Assembly (NCBI GenBank): GCA_046075565.1 | Contig: JBJTQJ010000092.1 | Location: forward strand, 1-13,884 | Reading direction: 5' to 3' | DNA from: Verrucomicrobiales bacterium | GTDB lineage: Bacteria; Verrucomicrobiota; Verrucomicrobiia; Verrucomicrobiales; SLCJ01 | DNA: 13,884 nucleotides | Shown here: positions 1 through 10,203 of the stretch, piece by piece | Layout of the letters: every line of letters starts with the position of its first letter | How positions within the stretch are numbered: position 1 is the first letter of the stretch | Program-made: the position numbers and the translations under genes | Notes under the pieces: generated by a model | Seen by the model: the letters and a program-made list of their open reading frames with translations, nothing else | Databases searched by the model: none | What the model was told of the DNA's origin: nothing

Positions 1-1224
1 ACCAGCCTCGAGCATGCGACCCCCATCAAACAAATCAACCCTGCCGCTGATGCGAACGCGCCGGCTATTATCGATCCGTTGAAGCGTTACCAGCATTTCG
101 AAAAAGCCATGCTGGACGGCGAACTTGATCCCGCCTTTAAAGACCTTTCCACTTGGGAATTGCGCAGCGTGATCAACGGTGATGAGTCAGAAGAAGCCCT
201 CGTATGGGGCCGCGAAATGCTCCGCAACTACCGCCCGGACCACGTGCTCAACCCCGATTACGGCTGGCGCTATTCGGGTTCCGTGACCAGCGAGGTCAAA
301 TACGGCTCCCAAAACGTCAAGGATGACCTCCCCACACTCCATCCCTACCAGAACATGATCATGAATGGCGGTATCTGCGGACGCCGCGCCTTCTTCGGAC
401 GTTTCATCCTCCGCGCCTTCGGCATTCCCACCGCCGCCCGCCCGCAGCGTGGTCACGCCGCCCTAACGCACTGGACACCCAAAGGCTGGGTCGTGAACCT
501 CGGTGCAGGTTGGGGTAGCCGTGACGCCAAAGGCATTATCGGTTTCACAGATGCCGATTTCCTCACCGAAACACAATCCCGCCAGAATCCCGAGGAATAC
601 CGCAAGGCCCTCCGGGCCGAATGGGCTGGCCAGCTCATTGGTGAACCGCAATACGTTAGCATGCAGCCGGACAGCGGTGGTCTCTGGAGCGCCATTGCCA
701 ATTCCCACAAGCGGGCCATTGTGGCCGCCGCAAAAGCCACGGAACTCGCCGCGCTTGGCACCAACCTCGGCGAGGCCAATCAATCGGCCGAAGAACGCGC
801 GCGGGCTGTTGTCAAAGCCACCGTCACCGAAGACGACAAGAAAGTGACGGTCGATTCGAAAGGAATCATCACCATCCCCGCCGCCGCCACCAGCGGAGCG
901 CAGATCCTCGGCAGCTTCCTCGGCGGTCAACAGTTGTTTTCGGGAAGTGGAGCCATCAACGTGACATTCGATGCGCCGGTCGCTGGCACCTATTCCCTCG
1001 CGCTGCCGATTGTCACCGTGCATAAGAATCCGAATCTGAAACTCTCGGTGAATGGCTCTGATGCGGGCGTCGAAATCGGGATTCCCTACACGATGGGCAA
1101 ATGGCAAAAGACCGAACCGGTGCGGGTCACGCTCGTTCAGGGCAAGAACACCTTGAGCTTGGCTCGTCCCCAGGAGAGCCGCGGACTCGCCATCAAAGAA
1201 ATCACCCTCACGCCTGTGAAGTGA
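1..1224 (+). CDS. 5'-truncated uncharacterised protein: transglutaminase-like (Cys-His-Asn) core plus C-terminal CBM6/CBM35-like beta-sandwich
   Basis: The frame is open from base 1 (ACC AGC CTC GAG ...) to TGA at 1222-1224, so the true start lies outside the window and the TTG at 79 is internal. GGICGRRAFFGRFILRAFGIPTAARPQRGHAAL...GWVVN resembles the transglutaminase-like core. The C-terminal ~120 aa (AGTYSLAL...LSVNG...IPYTMGKWQ...VTLVQGKNTLSL...IKEITL) follow the CBM6/35 pattern. Domains were recognised by eye. Confidence 0.8.
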   Translation, partial: TSLEHATPIKQINPAADANAPAIIDPLKRYQHFEKAMLDGELDPAFKDLSTWELRSVINGDESEEALVWGREMLRNYRPDHVLNPDYGWRYSGSVTSEVKYGSQNVKDDLPTLHPYQNMIMNGGICGRRAFFGRFILRAFGIPTAARPQRGHAALTHWTPKGWVVNLGAGWGSRDAKGIIGFTDADFLTETQSRQNPEEYRKALRAEWAGQLIGEPQYVSMQPDSGGLWSAIANSHKRAIVAAAKATELAALGTNLGEANQSAEERARAVVKATVTEDDKKVTVDSKGIITIPAAATSGAQILGSFLGGQQLFSGSGAINVTFDAPVAGTYSLALPIVTVHKNPNLKLSVNGSDAGVEIGIPYTMGKWQKTEPVRVTLVQGKNTLSLARPQESRGLAIKEITLTPVK

Positions 1225-1279
1225 GGCAAGATTCGTTGCCGGCAATTCCTTGCTCCGATATTTCCGTGACCCCGGGAAA

Positions 1280-4231
1280 ATGAACATTATGATTCCACGA
1301 CGCGCCCCCACGGCCATCCTTGCCGCCACAGCCGCACTGCTCATTTCCTCGTTCGGGCAACTGACCGCCCAGGAGCAACCCGCGCCCGCCATTGAGTTGG
1401 GCTCGCCGTTCCGCGACAACGCTGTCCTACAGCGGGAAATGCCGCTTCCGGTTTGGGGGTGGAGCAAACCGGGGGCCTCGGTCACGGTGGAATTCGCAGG
1501 TCAAAAGGAAAGCGCCAAGGCCGACGCCGATGGCAAATGGATGCTCAAGCTGAAGCCCCTGCAGGCCAGTGCCGAACCTGCCGAAATGATTGTTGAAGAG
1601 GCCGGCAAAAAAGTTGTCCTCAAGAATATCCTCGTCGGTGAAGTCTGGATGGCCTCTGGGCAATCGAACATGCAGTGGAACGCGGGCAAGTGTGACGTGA
1701 AGGAGATTGTGGCCGCTCTTGCGGCCAAAGGGGAGACTCCACCCATCCGCGAATTCGAGGTCACGGGCGCCTGCTCGGCACTTCATCCCATCGAACGGGC
1801 GGAAGGCGCATGGAAGGTTGATGACTACGCAAATTACAGCGCCGTCGCCTTTGCCTTCGCACACAAGCTGTTTGGCGAACTCAAGGTGCCCATCGGCATC
1901 CTGAATTGCTCATGGAGCGAAACCGCCATCGAAGCATGGACTCCGAGGGAAGGTTATGCCACCGCCCAGGACGACTATGGCAAGTCAATCCATCAGCTAT
2001 GTCTCATCACCGACCCACGCACGCCCGAACACAAGGCGGCATGGGATGCGTTTTACAAATCACTCGAATCCCAGATCACAGTGAATCAGGAAAAGGTCAA
2101 AGCCGGCGTGAAACCACCATCGATCAGTGCGTCCCTGCCCGGCAACATGAAGGGCAACCGCGACGCGAACTGGATGTTTAACGGGCGCATGAATCCGGTC
2201 GTGCCCTATGCCATCCGTGGAGCGATCTGGAACCAGGGCTGGGCCAATCGCCAAAGCGGACTGCTTTACTACAACTGCCTGCATAACATGATCCGTGGGT
2301 GGCGCATTGTCTGGGACAGGCCGGATCTGCCGGTCTATTTCCACCAGTTCTATTGCCCCGGCAACGACAAGTTCGCCGGCAAACCAAGTCTCGACAGCAC
2401 TGCGGAAATGCGGCTCGGCACATGGCTGGCCAGGGACATTCCCCACACCGGAATGGCCTGCCAGATCGATATCCAAGGTGCCATCCACTACGGTAACAAG
2501 GCTCTTCCCGGAAAACGCCTCGCCCTGCACGCATTGAAAAACCAGTATGGCAAAGACATTGTGGCCGACAGTCCCATGTTCAAAGCCTATGAGGCAAGCG
2601 GAGACCAACTCACCATTTCCTTCGACTTCGCCGAGGGCGGATTGCTGGTCGGCGAGGGCATCTCAAAAGACCTTCTCGAAGCGCCCGTCGTTCTTGAGAA
2701 CAGCGAGGACAAGGTAAAACTCTTCTATGTTGCTGGCGAAGACCGCGTCTGGCATCCGGCGGGCATGAAAATCAACGGAAACCGCATCGTGGTCAGCTCG
2801 CCCGCCGTCAAAGCGCCACGTGGTGTTGCTTACGGCTCGGAAGGTGTCGGCTTCCAGCCGAGCATCTACAACAAGGCGATGCTCCCGCTGGTTCCTTTCA
2901 TCTACTACGATAACAAACTCGTCACCAGCAAGGACTGGCCGGGTGGAAAAATTGCCATCGCCGGCGGGCAGGTCGATACCTCGCAGGATGGCAAGGTCTA
3001 TCAATACCGCAAGATGCCGCTGCTCAGCCAGCAGTTCGAAGAAAACGCGGTGCTGCAAGCCGGAAAGCCGGTGATGATCTGGGGCGCCACGCGCAACTTC
3101 GGGGAATGGCAGCCCGAGCCGGAAAAAGGCGATTGCAAGGTGGAGTTCGAATTCGGCGACATCAAGAAGACAATCGCCGTCACTCCGGACATGATGGAAT
3201 GGCAAGTGACCTTGCCGCCAATGAAAGCCGGCAACACTCCTTACACTCTGAAAGTAAGTTTCACCATCGACGGCGAAGTCGTCCACGCGCGTGAAGCGAA
3301 AAACATTGTCTTTGGTGACGTCTGGTATCTGGCTCTCCCCGTGGGAAATTTCGTAGCGCCTGCCACCAAGCCATCCGGACAAATCGTGCGGATGATGGAA
3401 AACGAGTCGAAACGTGATGGCCATGGCATGCCGAGCCGCTTCAGTATTTCCACCTCGCGCGGACCAAGACCCGACAACCGTTTCGCTTCTTACTGGAAGG
3501 AAGCGGAAGGGCTGGCCGCCGTTTTCGGCCATGGCATCGCGGCGAAGACCGGCAGTCCCGTTGGCATCATTTTCATGCAGAACAAGACCGACGTCCCCCT
3601 CAAGAATTGGATCGGGGCGGATTTCCTGAATCAGGCGCCGAGTCTCATGGAGGACTACAAGACCGTCGGCAGCCAGCATACCGATAATCCCTATTACTTC
3701 GACAACATCCGCCGCTACATGGCCGATTGGAGGAAGTATTGGGAGGAATACATTCCCACAATGATGCAAAGGAAGGCGGCTCCGGATGGAGCGGTTTGGG
3801 GTCAGTTTCCGGCACTCAAGCCGAAGATCGGAGACTCGCAGGCGACCATGACCTACAATGTCCATGTGGACTGCTTCTCGCCCGCGCAAGTGAGCGGCGT
3901 CGTTTTCCTCTGCGGGAACGCAATGATCGCGGACGTGGAAGGCGCCAACTTTGGTCCTGAGATGTCCGCGCTTGCCAATTGCTTCAAAGCGAAACTCGGC
4001 GGAGACGACGTGCCATTCTTCTACACCCTACCTGGCAGCGCTCTCGCACCTAAGATCACGAAACCAGAAGCGATCAAAGGGGCCAACACCGCCATGGAAA
4101 TAACCGAATGGTCCGCCGTCAAACCCGGCACCAAGGCGAATGACAAAGCGGAATTGGCCGCCGCCAGCGCGAGAATCGCCGCTCTCTTGGACCAGGTGGT
4201 GCAAAAGGCTCCCTCTGCGGGAAGCAAATGA
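1280..4231 (+). CDS. Secreted sialate O-acetylesterase-family (SGNH) protein with two tandem modules, the second degenerate
   Basis: Signal-peptide-like N-terminus (RRAPTAILAATAALLISSFGQLTAQ). Family motifs NAVLQREMPLPVWGW, GEVWMASGQSNM, IRGAIWNQG and IHYGNK...GKRLA. A second NAVLQ...IWG and GDVW repeat begins near 3014. Start taken as ATG 1280 (ATG 1289 possible). Stop TGA. Confidence 0.88.
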   Translation: MNIMIPRRAPTAILAATAALLISSFGQLTAQEQPAPAIELGSPFRDNAVLQREMPLPVWGWSKPGASVTVEFAGQKESAKADADGKWMLKLKPLQASAEPAEMIVEEAGKKVVLKNILVGEVWMASGQSNMQWNAGKCDVKEIVAALAAKGETPPIREFEVTGACSALHPIERAEGAWKVDDYANYSAVAFAFAHKLFGELKVPIGILNCSWSETAIEAWTPREGYATAQDDYGKSIHQLCLITDPRTPEHKAAWDAFYKSLESQITVNQEKVKAGVKPPSISASLPGNMKGNRDANWMFNGRMNPVVPYAIRGAIWNQGWANRQSGLLYYNCLHNMIRGWRIVWDRPDLPVYFHQFYCPGNDKFAGKPSLDSTAEMRLGTWLARDIPHTGMACQIDIQGAIHYGNKALPGKRLALHALKNQYGKDIVADSPMFKAYEASGDQLTISFDFAEGGLLVGEGISKDLLEAPVVLENSEDKVKLFYVAGEDRVWHPAGMKINGNRIVVSSPAVKAPRGVAYGSEGVGFQPSIYNKAMLPLVPFIYYDNKLVTSKDWPGGKIAIAGGQVDTSQDGKVYQYRKMPLLSQQFEENAVLQAGKPVMIWGATRNFGEWQPEPEKGDCKVEFEFGDIKKTIAVTPDMMEWQVTLPPMKAGNTPYTLKVSFTIDGEVVHAREAKNIVFGDVWYLALPVGNFVAPATKPSGQIVRMMENESKRDGHGMPSRFSISTSRGPRPDNRFASYWKEAEGLAAVFGHGIAAKTGSPVGIIFMQNKTDVPLKNWIGADFLNQAPSLMEDYKTVGSQHTDNPYYFDNIRRYMADWRKYWEEYIPTMMQRKAAPDGAVWGQFPALKPKIGDSQATMTYNVHVDCFSPAQVSGVVFLCGNAMIADVEGANFGPEMSALANCFKAKLGGDDVPFFYTLPGSALAPKITKPEAIKGANTAMEITEWSAVKPGTKANDKAELAAASARIAALLDQVVQKAPSAGSK

Positions 4232-4254
4232 TTCCAAGCGAATTCTATAATACG

Positions 4255-4271
4255 CCCGGACCATTTCCGGG
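4255..4271. terminator. Weak hairpin between convergent genes (possible terminator)
   Basis: CCCGGA-CCATT-TCCGGG (6-bp stem) lies in the 70-nt gap between the TGA ending at 4231 and the TAG ending at 4302. No clear U-tract on either strand. Confidence 0.25.
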
Positions 4272-4301
4272 ATATCCAAGAGCACTTCCTGAAAGAATTG
4301 C

Positions 4302-6470
4302 CTATCGTGAAGGGACTTGCTTTGGCGGGTAAAGCAGCGGGTAGTTCTTCAGGAAGGGTTCTTGGAACTCATACATTTCATCATAGTGATGGACGGGATC
4401 CCGCCCGTAGTCATCCCAACGCTCGGGCTTGAGGGACTTCGGCCCTCCGGTCAAAACAGTTTGGAGGTCTTGTAACGTGAGGCGCGTCCGATAAAGGTCG
4501 ATGAAACGTTCGCCCGCATACCAAGCCGCCCATTTGCCATATTCCGCCTTGCGAAGCGCGTCCTAAATACTGGTGGAAGCGGCGGACGCCTCGGCCACGT
4601 GGGTGGCGGCTCGTGCGCGGTCGCCCGCCTCGTAGGCCTCCATGCTTTTGCAGGTGGCTTCAAGGGCCATCAGCGATTGGAGATGGATTTGGATTTGCGT
4701 GAGCACATGACTCTGATAGAAATCCTTGCGCTCGGCTGGAATGAGGGGTAGCAGGCGCATCGCTTTTTCCGCCAGTTTCTCCATGATCGCGCGGTTGGTA
4801 GCACTGAACTCGCGCATTTCCTTGGTAAAGGCCCTGACTTCCTCATCAAGCGGTTTTCCCTCTTCCATCAGCGGGAGGGCTTTGCTGATCAAGCGGCGCA
4901 TACAGCGGTGAGTCCAGTGTTCGCCCTTCAGACCGGTGTCGTTCATGAATGGAGCCGTGAAATACTCGCGGTAGATTTCGGCAACCTGCGGACCCGCTTC
5001 CGCTCCGAACTGCCTGTTGCTCTATGCCCCCAGCATGTTTGCCATGTTGGTTGCGTCGGATTCCATCAGGTAAGGCTTGGCATCCCAGGCGAGCTTCATG
5101 ACACAATCCGTGGACAAGGGAACAGGGCGGATATCACTGACGTTGACCAGTAAGAACTGAGTGGCGCCCGCGCGGGCGAAACGCCCGATCTGGTTGCAAA
5201 TGCGTCCCGGATTCACCATTTCGGTGAGTTGGTTGTGCGCCCCGCTCATCATGGCGGTGTGATAGTAGATTCCTTGACCGGGTTGCACGCGCCCCTGGTC
5301 GCGGATCATCCCGTTGCCGGCATCGGGCCAGATTACGGTGACTCCATCCGGGAGTTTAATGAGTCCCTGATGGAGCATTTCGGCTCCCTCGGCCCACATG
5401 TTGGCTATGATCGGCGCATCGGGATGCAACTTGCGAACCATCTCGACCTGCTTCGCGATGGCCCGGGTCATCACCGCTCCGCGGTCGGCGGGGGTTTTCA
5501 ACTCTGGGTCCTCGGCCCAGAACGGATGATCCGACTTTCCGCGGTAGGCAACGGACCAAACAACCTCGTAGTCCTTGTAGGCATCAATGCTCGCCTGCCA
5601 ATAACGCTCGAGAATGTCAGGGTGCTTGGTGAAGGAAAATGGCACTTCATCCGGCCAGCGATACATGTTGACGCCGAGCACGAGGCAGTGGTGCATGTTC
5701 AGCACCAAACCACGACGGGCGGCCAATTCTTGGCAACGTTCGTCGGGAAACGGAAAAGTCGCTGGCACGATCATGTTTCCCCGCAGCCGCAGCAGGGTTT
5801 CATAAATCCGGTCGGCCATGTGTAGCGAGAAGATGTTTTCGCGGAGTGGATCGGGTGCGAATGCCGAAAGCAAATCCTCGTCGTTGATGAACCAGCCCCG
5901 GTATTTGAACGTGGGTGAACCGAATTCTCGGTTGAAGCCTTCCGGAACCTCGATGCGCTCGCGGGCGGTGGGCTCCTTGTCCACCCAGAAATACCAAGGG
6001 TCGACCCCGAGCAATTCTTCGGCCAGCCTGTAGGCGGCATAAATGCTCCCGCGGATGTCCGCTCCGGTCGCCACCAAGGCGGGACCGCCGGCTGAATCAC
6101 GTTGCCCGCGTAGCACGAAGGACTCGGCACCCTCGAATGGCTCCAGATTCATCTGATCGCGCCATGGCCCGGCATGGCCCAGATAAATGAGCGGTCCGAC
6201 CCAGTCCTTGGGCCTTTCCTGGACCACCGAAGGCCGGCGGCCAAAGACTTTATACCAGTCGCGTTCGAGACCCTTCAGGGCACGTTGGACGGGTTCCGGT
6301 TGATCTGCCGCCACCACCCAAGGGGTATAAGCATCGAGAATCATGGCAGGAGAGTCCTGTGGAGCCGCGGCAACTTGTGAGACGGGCAGAATGGCGGTCA
6401 GAAGGAGCCCTATCTTCAGACCCGAACTGCGGAGGACCTGAAATCCGCATTTTTTAAGGTGATCAGACAC
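4302..6470 (-). pseudogene. GH115-like glycoside hydrolase (alpha-glucuronidase family) interrupted by two in-frame TAG codons
   Basis: GH115-like motifs: GADIRGSIYAAYRLAEELLGVDPWYFW, PTFKYRGWFINDED, YETLLRLRGN, IWPD..G, GIYYH, LVNVSDIRP. The same frame continues past TAG 5024-5022 (SNRQFGAEAGPQVAEIYREYF..., 152 codons) and past TAG 4565-4563 (DALRKAEYGKWAAWYAGERFID...KQVPSR, 86 codons) to TAG 4304-4302. Probable start is GTG 6470, with GGAG 10 nt upstream and a signal-peptide-like stretch (LKIGLLLTAILPVSQVAAA) following; TTG 6539 is the longest alternative. Pseudogene status is inferred. Confidence 0.8.
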
Positions 6471-6547
6471 ACCAACATTACTCCATTCGACACCGGGGAC
6501 TTTCAGCGGATGGAGTATGAAGCGGGCCACCGAGAGCAATTACGCGT

Positions 6548-7984
6548 TCAGTTGGCTGGACCGTAGCCAATGGTGCTGAATGGCCCCACGGGTTGCCCTT
6601 CCTTGTTGTAGAGCAAATTCCCCTGCGGGTGCTGGGTGTAGCCGTAGCGCACGGCGATGGGTTCCGCGACGGCTTTGCTGGAAACAATCAAATCCGATCC
6701 ATCGATTTTTCCGTCGGCCCAATACCATGTGCCATCCTTCGCTTGGATCGACAGCCATTGCACCGCGGCATCCGGCTGGGGCACCGCCGGTGGATACCCA
6801 TCCTTTTTGGCCACCATCAATCCGTTGCGCGCGTTGTCATCGAAGGAAATGCGGATGGAAGAACCCTCGATGGCATGTTTGACGTAAAGAGGACAGGCCG
6901 TGATGTCCTTGAACCCATACACCTTCTGCAATACGGATCGCGCGAGACGATCTCCGGTGTCGTATTTGTTCGGCGGATGCTCGCCGGGTGCGCCCACATC
7001 GATGGTCACGGCCAGACCGGTATTCTTCAAACGCAGTGCCTCCACATAGGCCTGACGAATTTCGGCGCGTCCGTCGCCACCCGCGGGGTTTTCCAAGGAA
7101 GAAGCACCAATGCCGGGCAGTTGGACGAAATGAACCGGGAAATCCCCCTGACCCCACGCCTTGCGCCATCCCGTAATCAGCGACTCCAGTTTGGGCTGGT
7201 AGCCACGCTTGTCCTTTTCGTTGCTTTCACCCTGATACCAGATGGCACCACGAATGCCATAGCCAACGAGTGGCCCGACAAGCTTGGTGTAGTTTTCTCC
7301 CTGCGTGTAGGGTTGCTGATTCAGCCACGATTCGATGTTGGATCCACCCACGGCGGTCGCGATGATACCGATGGGCACCAATGCATCCTGCTGCACACGC
7401 CGGGCGAAGTAGAAAGCAGTCTTCTTGAAGTTTGGCACCGTTTCGGGTGAGCAAACGATCCACGAGGCGTCGCCGGACTGGAACTGGCGCAGAGTGGAAT
7501 ACGTCGCCTTCTCCATGGTATCCTCCGGGTAGTGCCCTTTTTTGTTCGTGCGGATCGCACCCGCCATGTTTGATTGGCCCGCGCAGAACCACACGTCTCC
7601 GATGACCAGATTGCGGACCGTTTTTTCCGTTTTTGTTCCGTCGGTCTCAAAAGTCGCCGTCATCGTCTGCCCGACCGGAACATCGTTCACACTTGCCAGG
7701 CGCTGGGCTTCCATCGGATCTAGCACGATCCTCCAGCTGCCATCCTTTCCCGCGGTGGTCGTCTTCGTTTGTCCGTTGAAAATGACAGTGACTTTCGATT
7801 CCGGAGGGGAGTTTCCCCAGACCGGCACGGGGATCTGTTGCTGCAAGACCGCGTTGTCGAGGAAAGGTAGTCCGAATCCGATTTGCAGCGCGGGATCCTC
7901 GGCTTGCTCCGCTCCTCTCGTTGGCGCGCAGAAGAAGAGGCAGGAGAGAAGAAGTCCGCAGGCTCGGTTTACCATGTTTGACAT
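6548..7984 (-). CDS. Secreted sialate O-acetylesterase-family (SGNH) protein, single module
   Basis: Motifs DNAVLQQQIPVPVWG, GDVWFCAGQSNM, AVGGSNIESW, IRGAIWYQGESN, PVHFVQL, EHPPNKYDTGDRLA and PIAVRYGY. Signal-peptide-like N-terminus (RACGLLLSCLFFCAPTRGA). Start ATG 7984 or 7975; the ORF-track start at 8131 overlaps groEL and its terminator. Stop TGA. Confidence 0.9.
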   Translation of the reverse strand: MSNMVNRACGLLLSCLFFCAPTRGAEQAEDPALQIGFGLPFLDNAVLQQQIPVPVWGNSPPESKVTVIFNGQTKTTTAGKDGSWRIVLDPMEAQRLASVNDVPVGQTMTATFETDGTKTEKTVRNLVIGDVWFCAGQSNMAGAIRTNKKGHYPEDTMEKATYSTLRQFQSGDASWIVCSPETVPNFKKTAFYFARRVQQDALVPIGIIATAVGGSNIESWLNQQPYTQGENYTKLVGPLVGYGIRGAIWYQGESNEKDKRGYQPKLESLITGWRKAWGQGDFPVHFVQLPGIGASSLENPAGGDGRAEIRQAYVEALRLKNTGLAVTIDVGAPGEHPPNKYDTGDRLARSVLQKVYGFKDITACPLYVKHAIEGSSIRISFDDNARNGLMVAKKDGYPPAVPQPDAAVQWLSIQAKDGTWYWADGKIDGSDLIVSSKAVAEPIAVRYGYTQHPQGNLLYNKEGQPVGPFSTIGYGPAN

Positions 7985-8032
7985 GCCGCCGATACGCTGA
8001 TTCGCGATGCCCTCTTTCCGACGACCGGACGC

Positions 8033-8065
8033 AAAAAAACTCCCCGGCCTCGCGGCCGGGGAGTT
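8033..8065 (-). terminator. Rho-independent terminator of the dnaK-groES-groEL operon
   Basis: The minus strand reads AACTCCCCGGCC-GCGA-GGCCGGGGAGTT-TTTTT: a perfect 12-bp stem, a GNRA tetraloop and 7 T in total, starting about 30 nt after the groEL stop. Confidence 0.9.
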
Positions 8066-8096
8066 GGTGATTGGAGGAAAGATTTTCCGCGGGGAA

Positions 8097-9791
<1,695 letters not shown>

Positions 9792-10088
9792 TTACTTCTG
9801 GACGATGCCGAGGATGTCGGATTCGGAGAGGATGAGATGGTCCACGCCGTCGATTTTGACTTCGGTGCCGCCGTATTTCGAGATGAGCACGGTGTCGCCT
9901 TCCTTGACGGTGAACTCGATGGTTTTGCCATCCTCGTCCTTGCCGCCGGTTCCGAGACGCACGACCGTGGCCTCCTGCGGTTTTTCTTTCGCGGTGTCCG
10001 GGAGCAGGATGCCGCCGGCGGTTTTTTCTTCGGCTTCAATGCGCTTCACAAGAACGCGCTGACCGAGAGGTTGGATCTTTGTAGCCAT
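9792..10088 (-). CDS. groES: Co-chaperonin GroES (Cpn10)
   Basis: 98 aa with [12 protein letters not shown], the [17 protein letters not shown] mobile loop and [18 protein letters not shown]. Lies directly upstream of groEL. Stop TAA. Confidence 0.99.
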   Translation of the reverse strand: MATKIQPLGQRVLVKRIEAEEKTAGGILLPDTAKEKPQEATVVRLGTGGKDEDGKTIEFTVKEGDTVLISKYGGTEVKIDGVDHLILSESDILGIVQK

Positions 10089-10133
10089 AGTTCAGTTGGT
10101 ATCGGTTGCTTCTATTTTCGGGTTGGTTCTTCA

Positions 10134-10174
10134 CCGGCCGATAGCCGGGTCATCGTGACCCGGGCACCAGCCGG
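10134..10174 (-). other. Intercistronic RNA stem-loop between dnaK and groES
   Basis: The mRNA strand CCGGCUGGUGCCCGGGUCA-CGA-UGACCCGGCUAUCGGCCGG pairs at 18 of 19 positions (15 Watson-Crick, 3 G-U, one C-C mismatch). No U-tract follows. Confidence 0.65.
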
Positions 10175-10203
10175 AGGAGAAAATTTTCATGCGGGGCGGC
10201 GGA

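Noticed and set aside
463-3889. Long minus-strand ORFs 463-1485 and 2663-3889 and the many short overlapping ORFs
   Set aside because: They are antisense or out of frame to well-supported genes and have no motifs, as expected in GC-rich DNA.
4451-4663. 70-aa minus ORF suggesting a frameshifted continuation of the GH115-like gene
   Set aside because: The plausible continuation (DALRKAEYGKW...) is in the original frame past the TAG, so no frameshift is needed.
4970-5021. Possible read-through hairpin 3' of the first TAG (GCGGA-AGCGGG-TCCGC)
   Set aside because: Only a 5-bp core in GC-rich sequence, with no similar structure or shared sequence after the second TAG.
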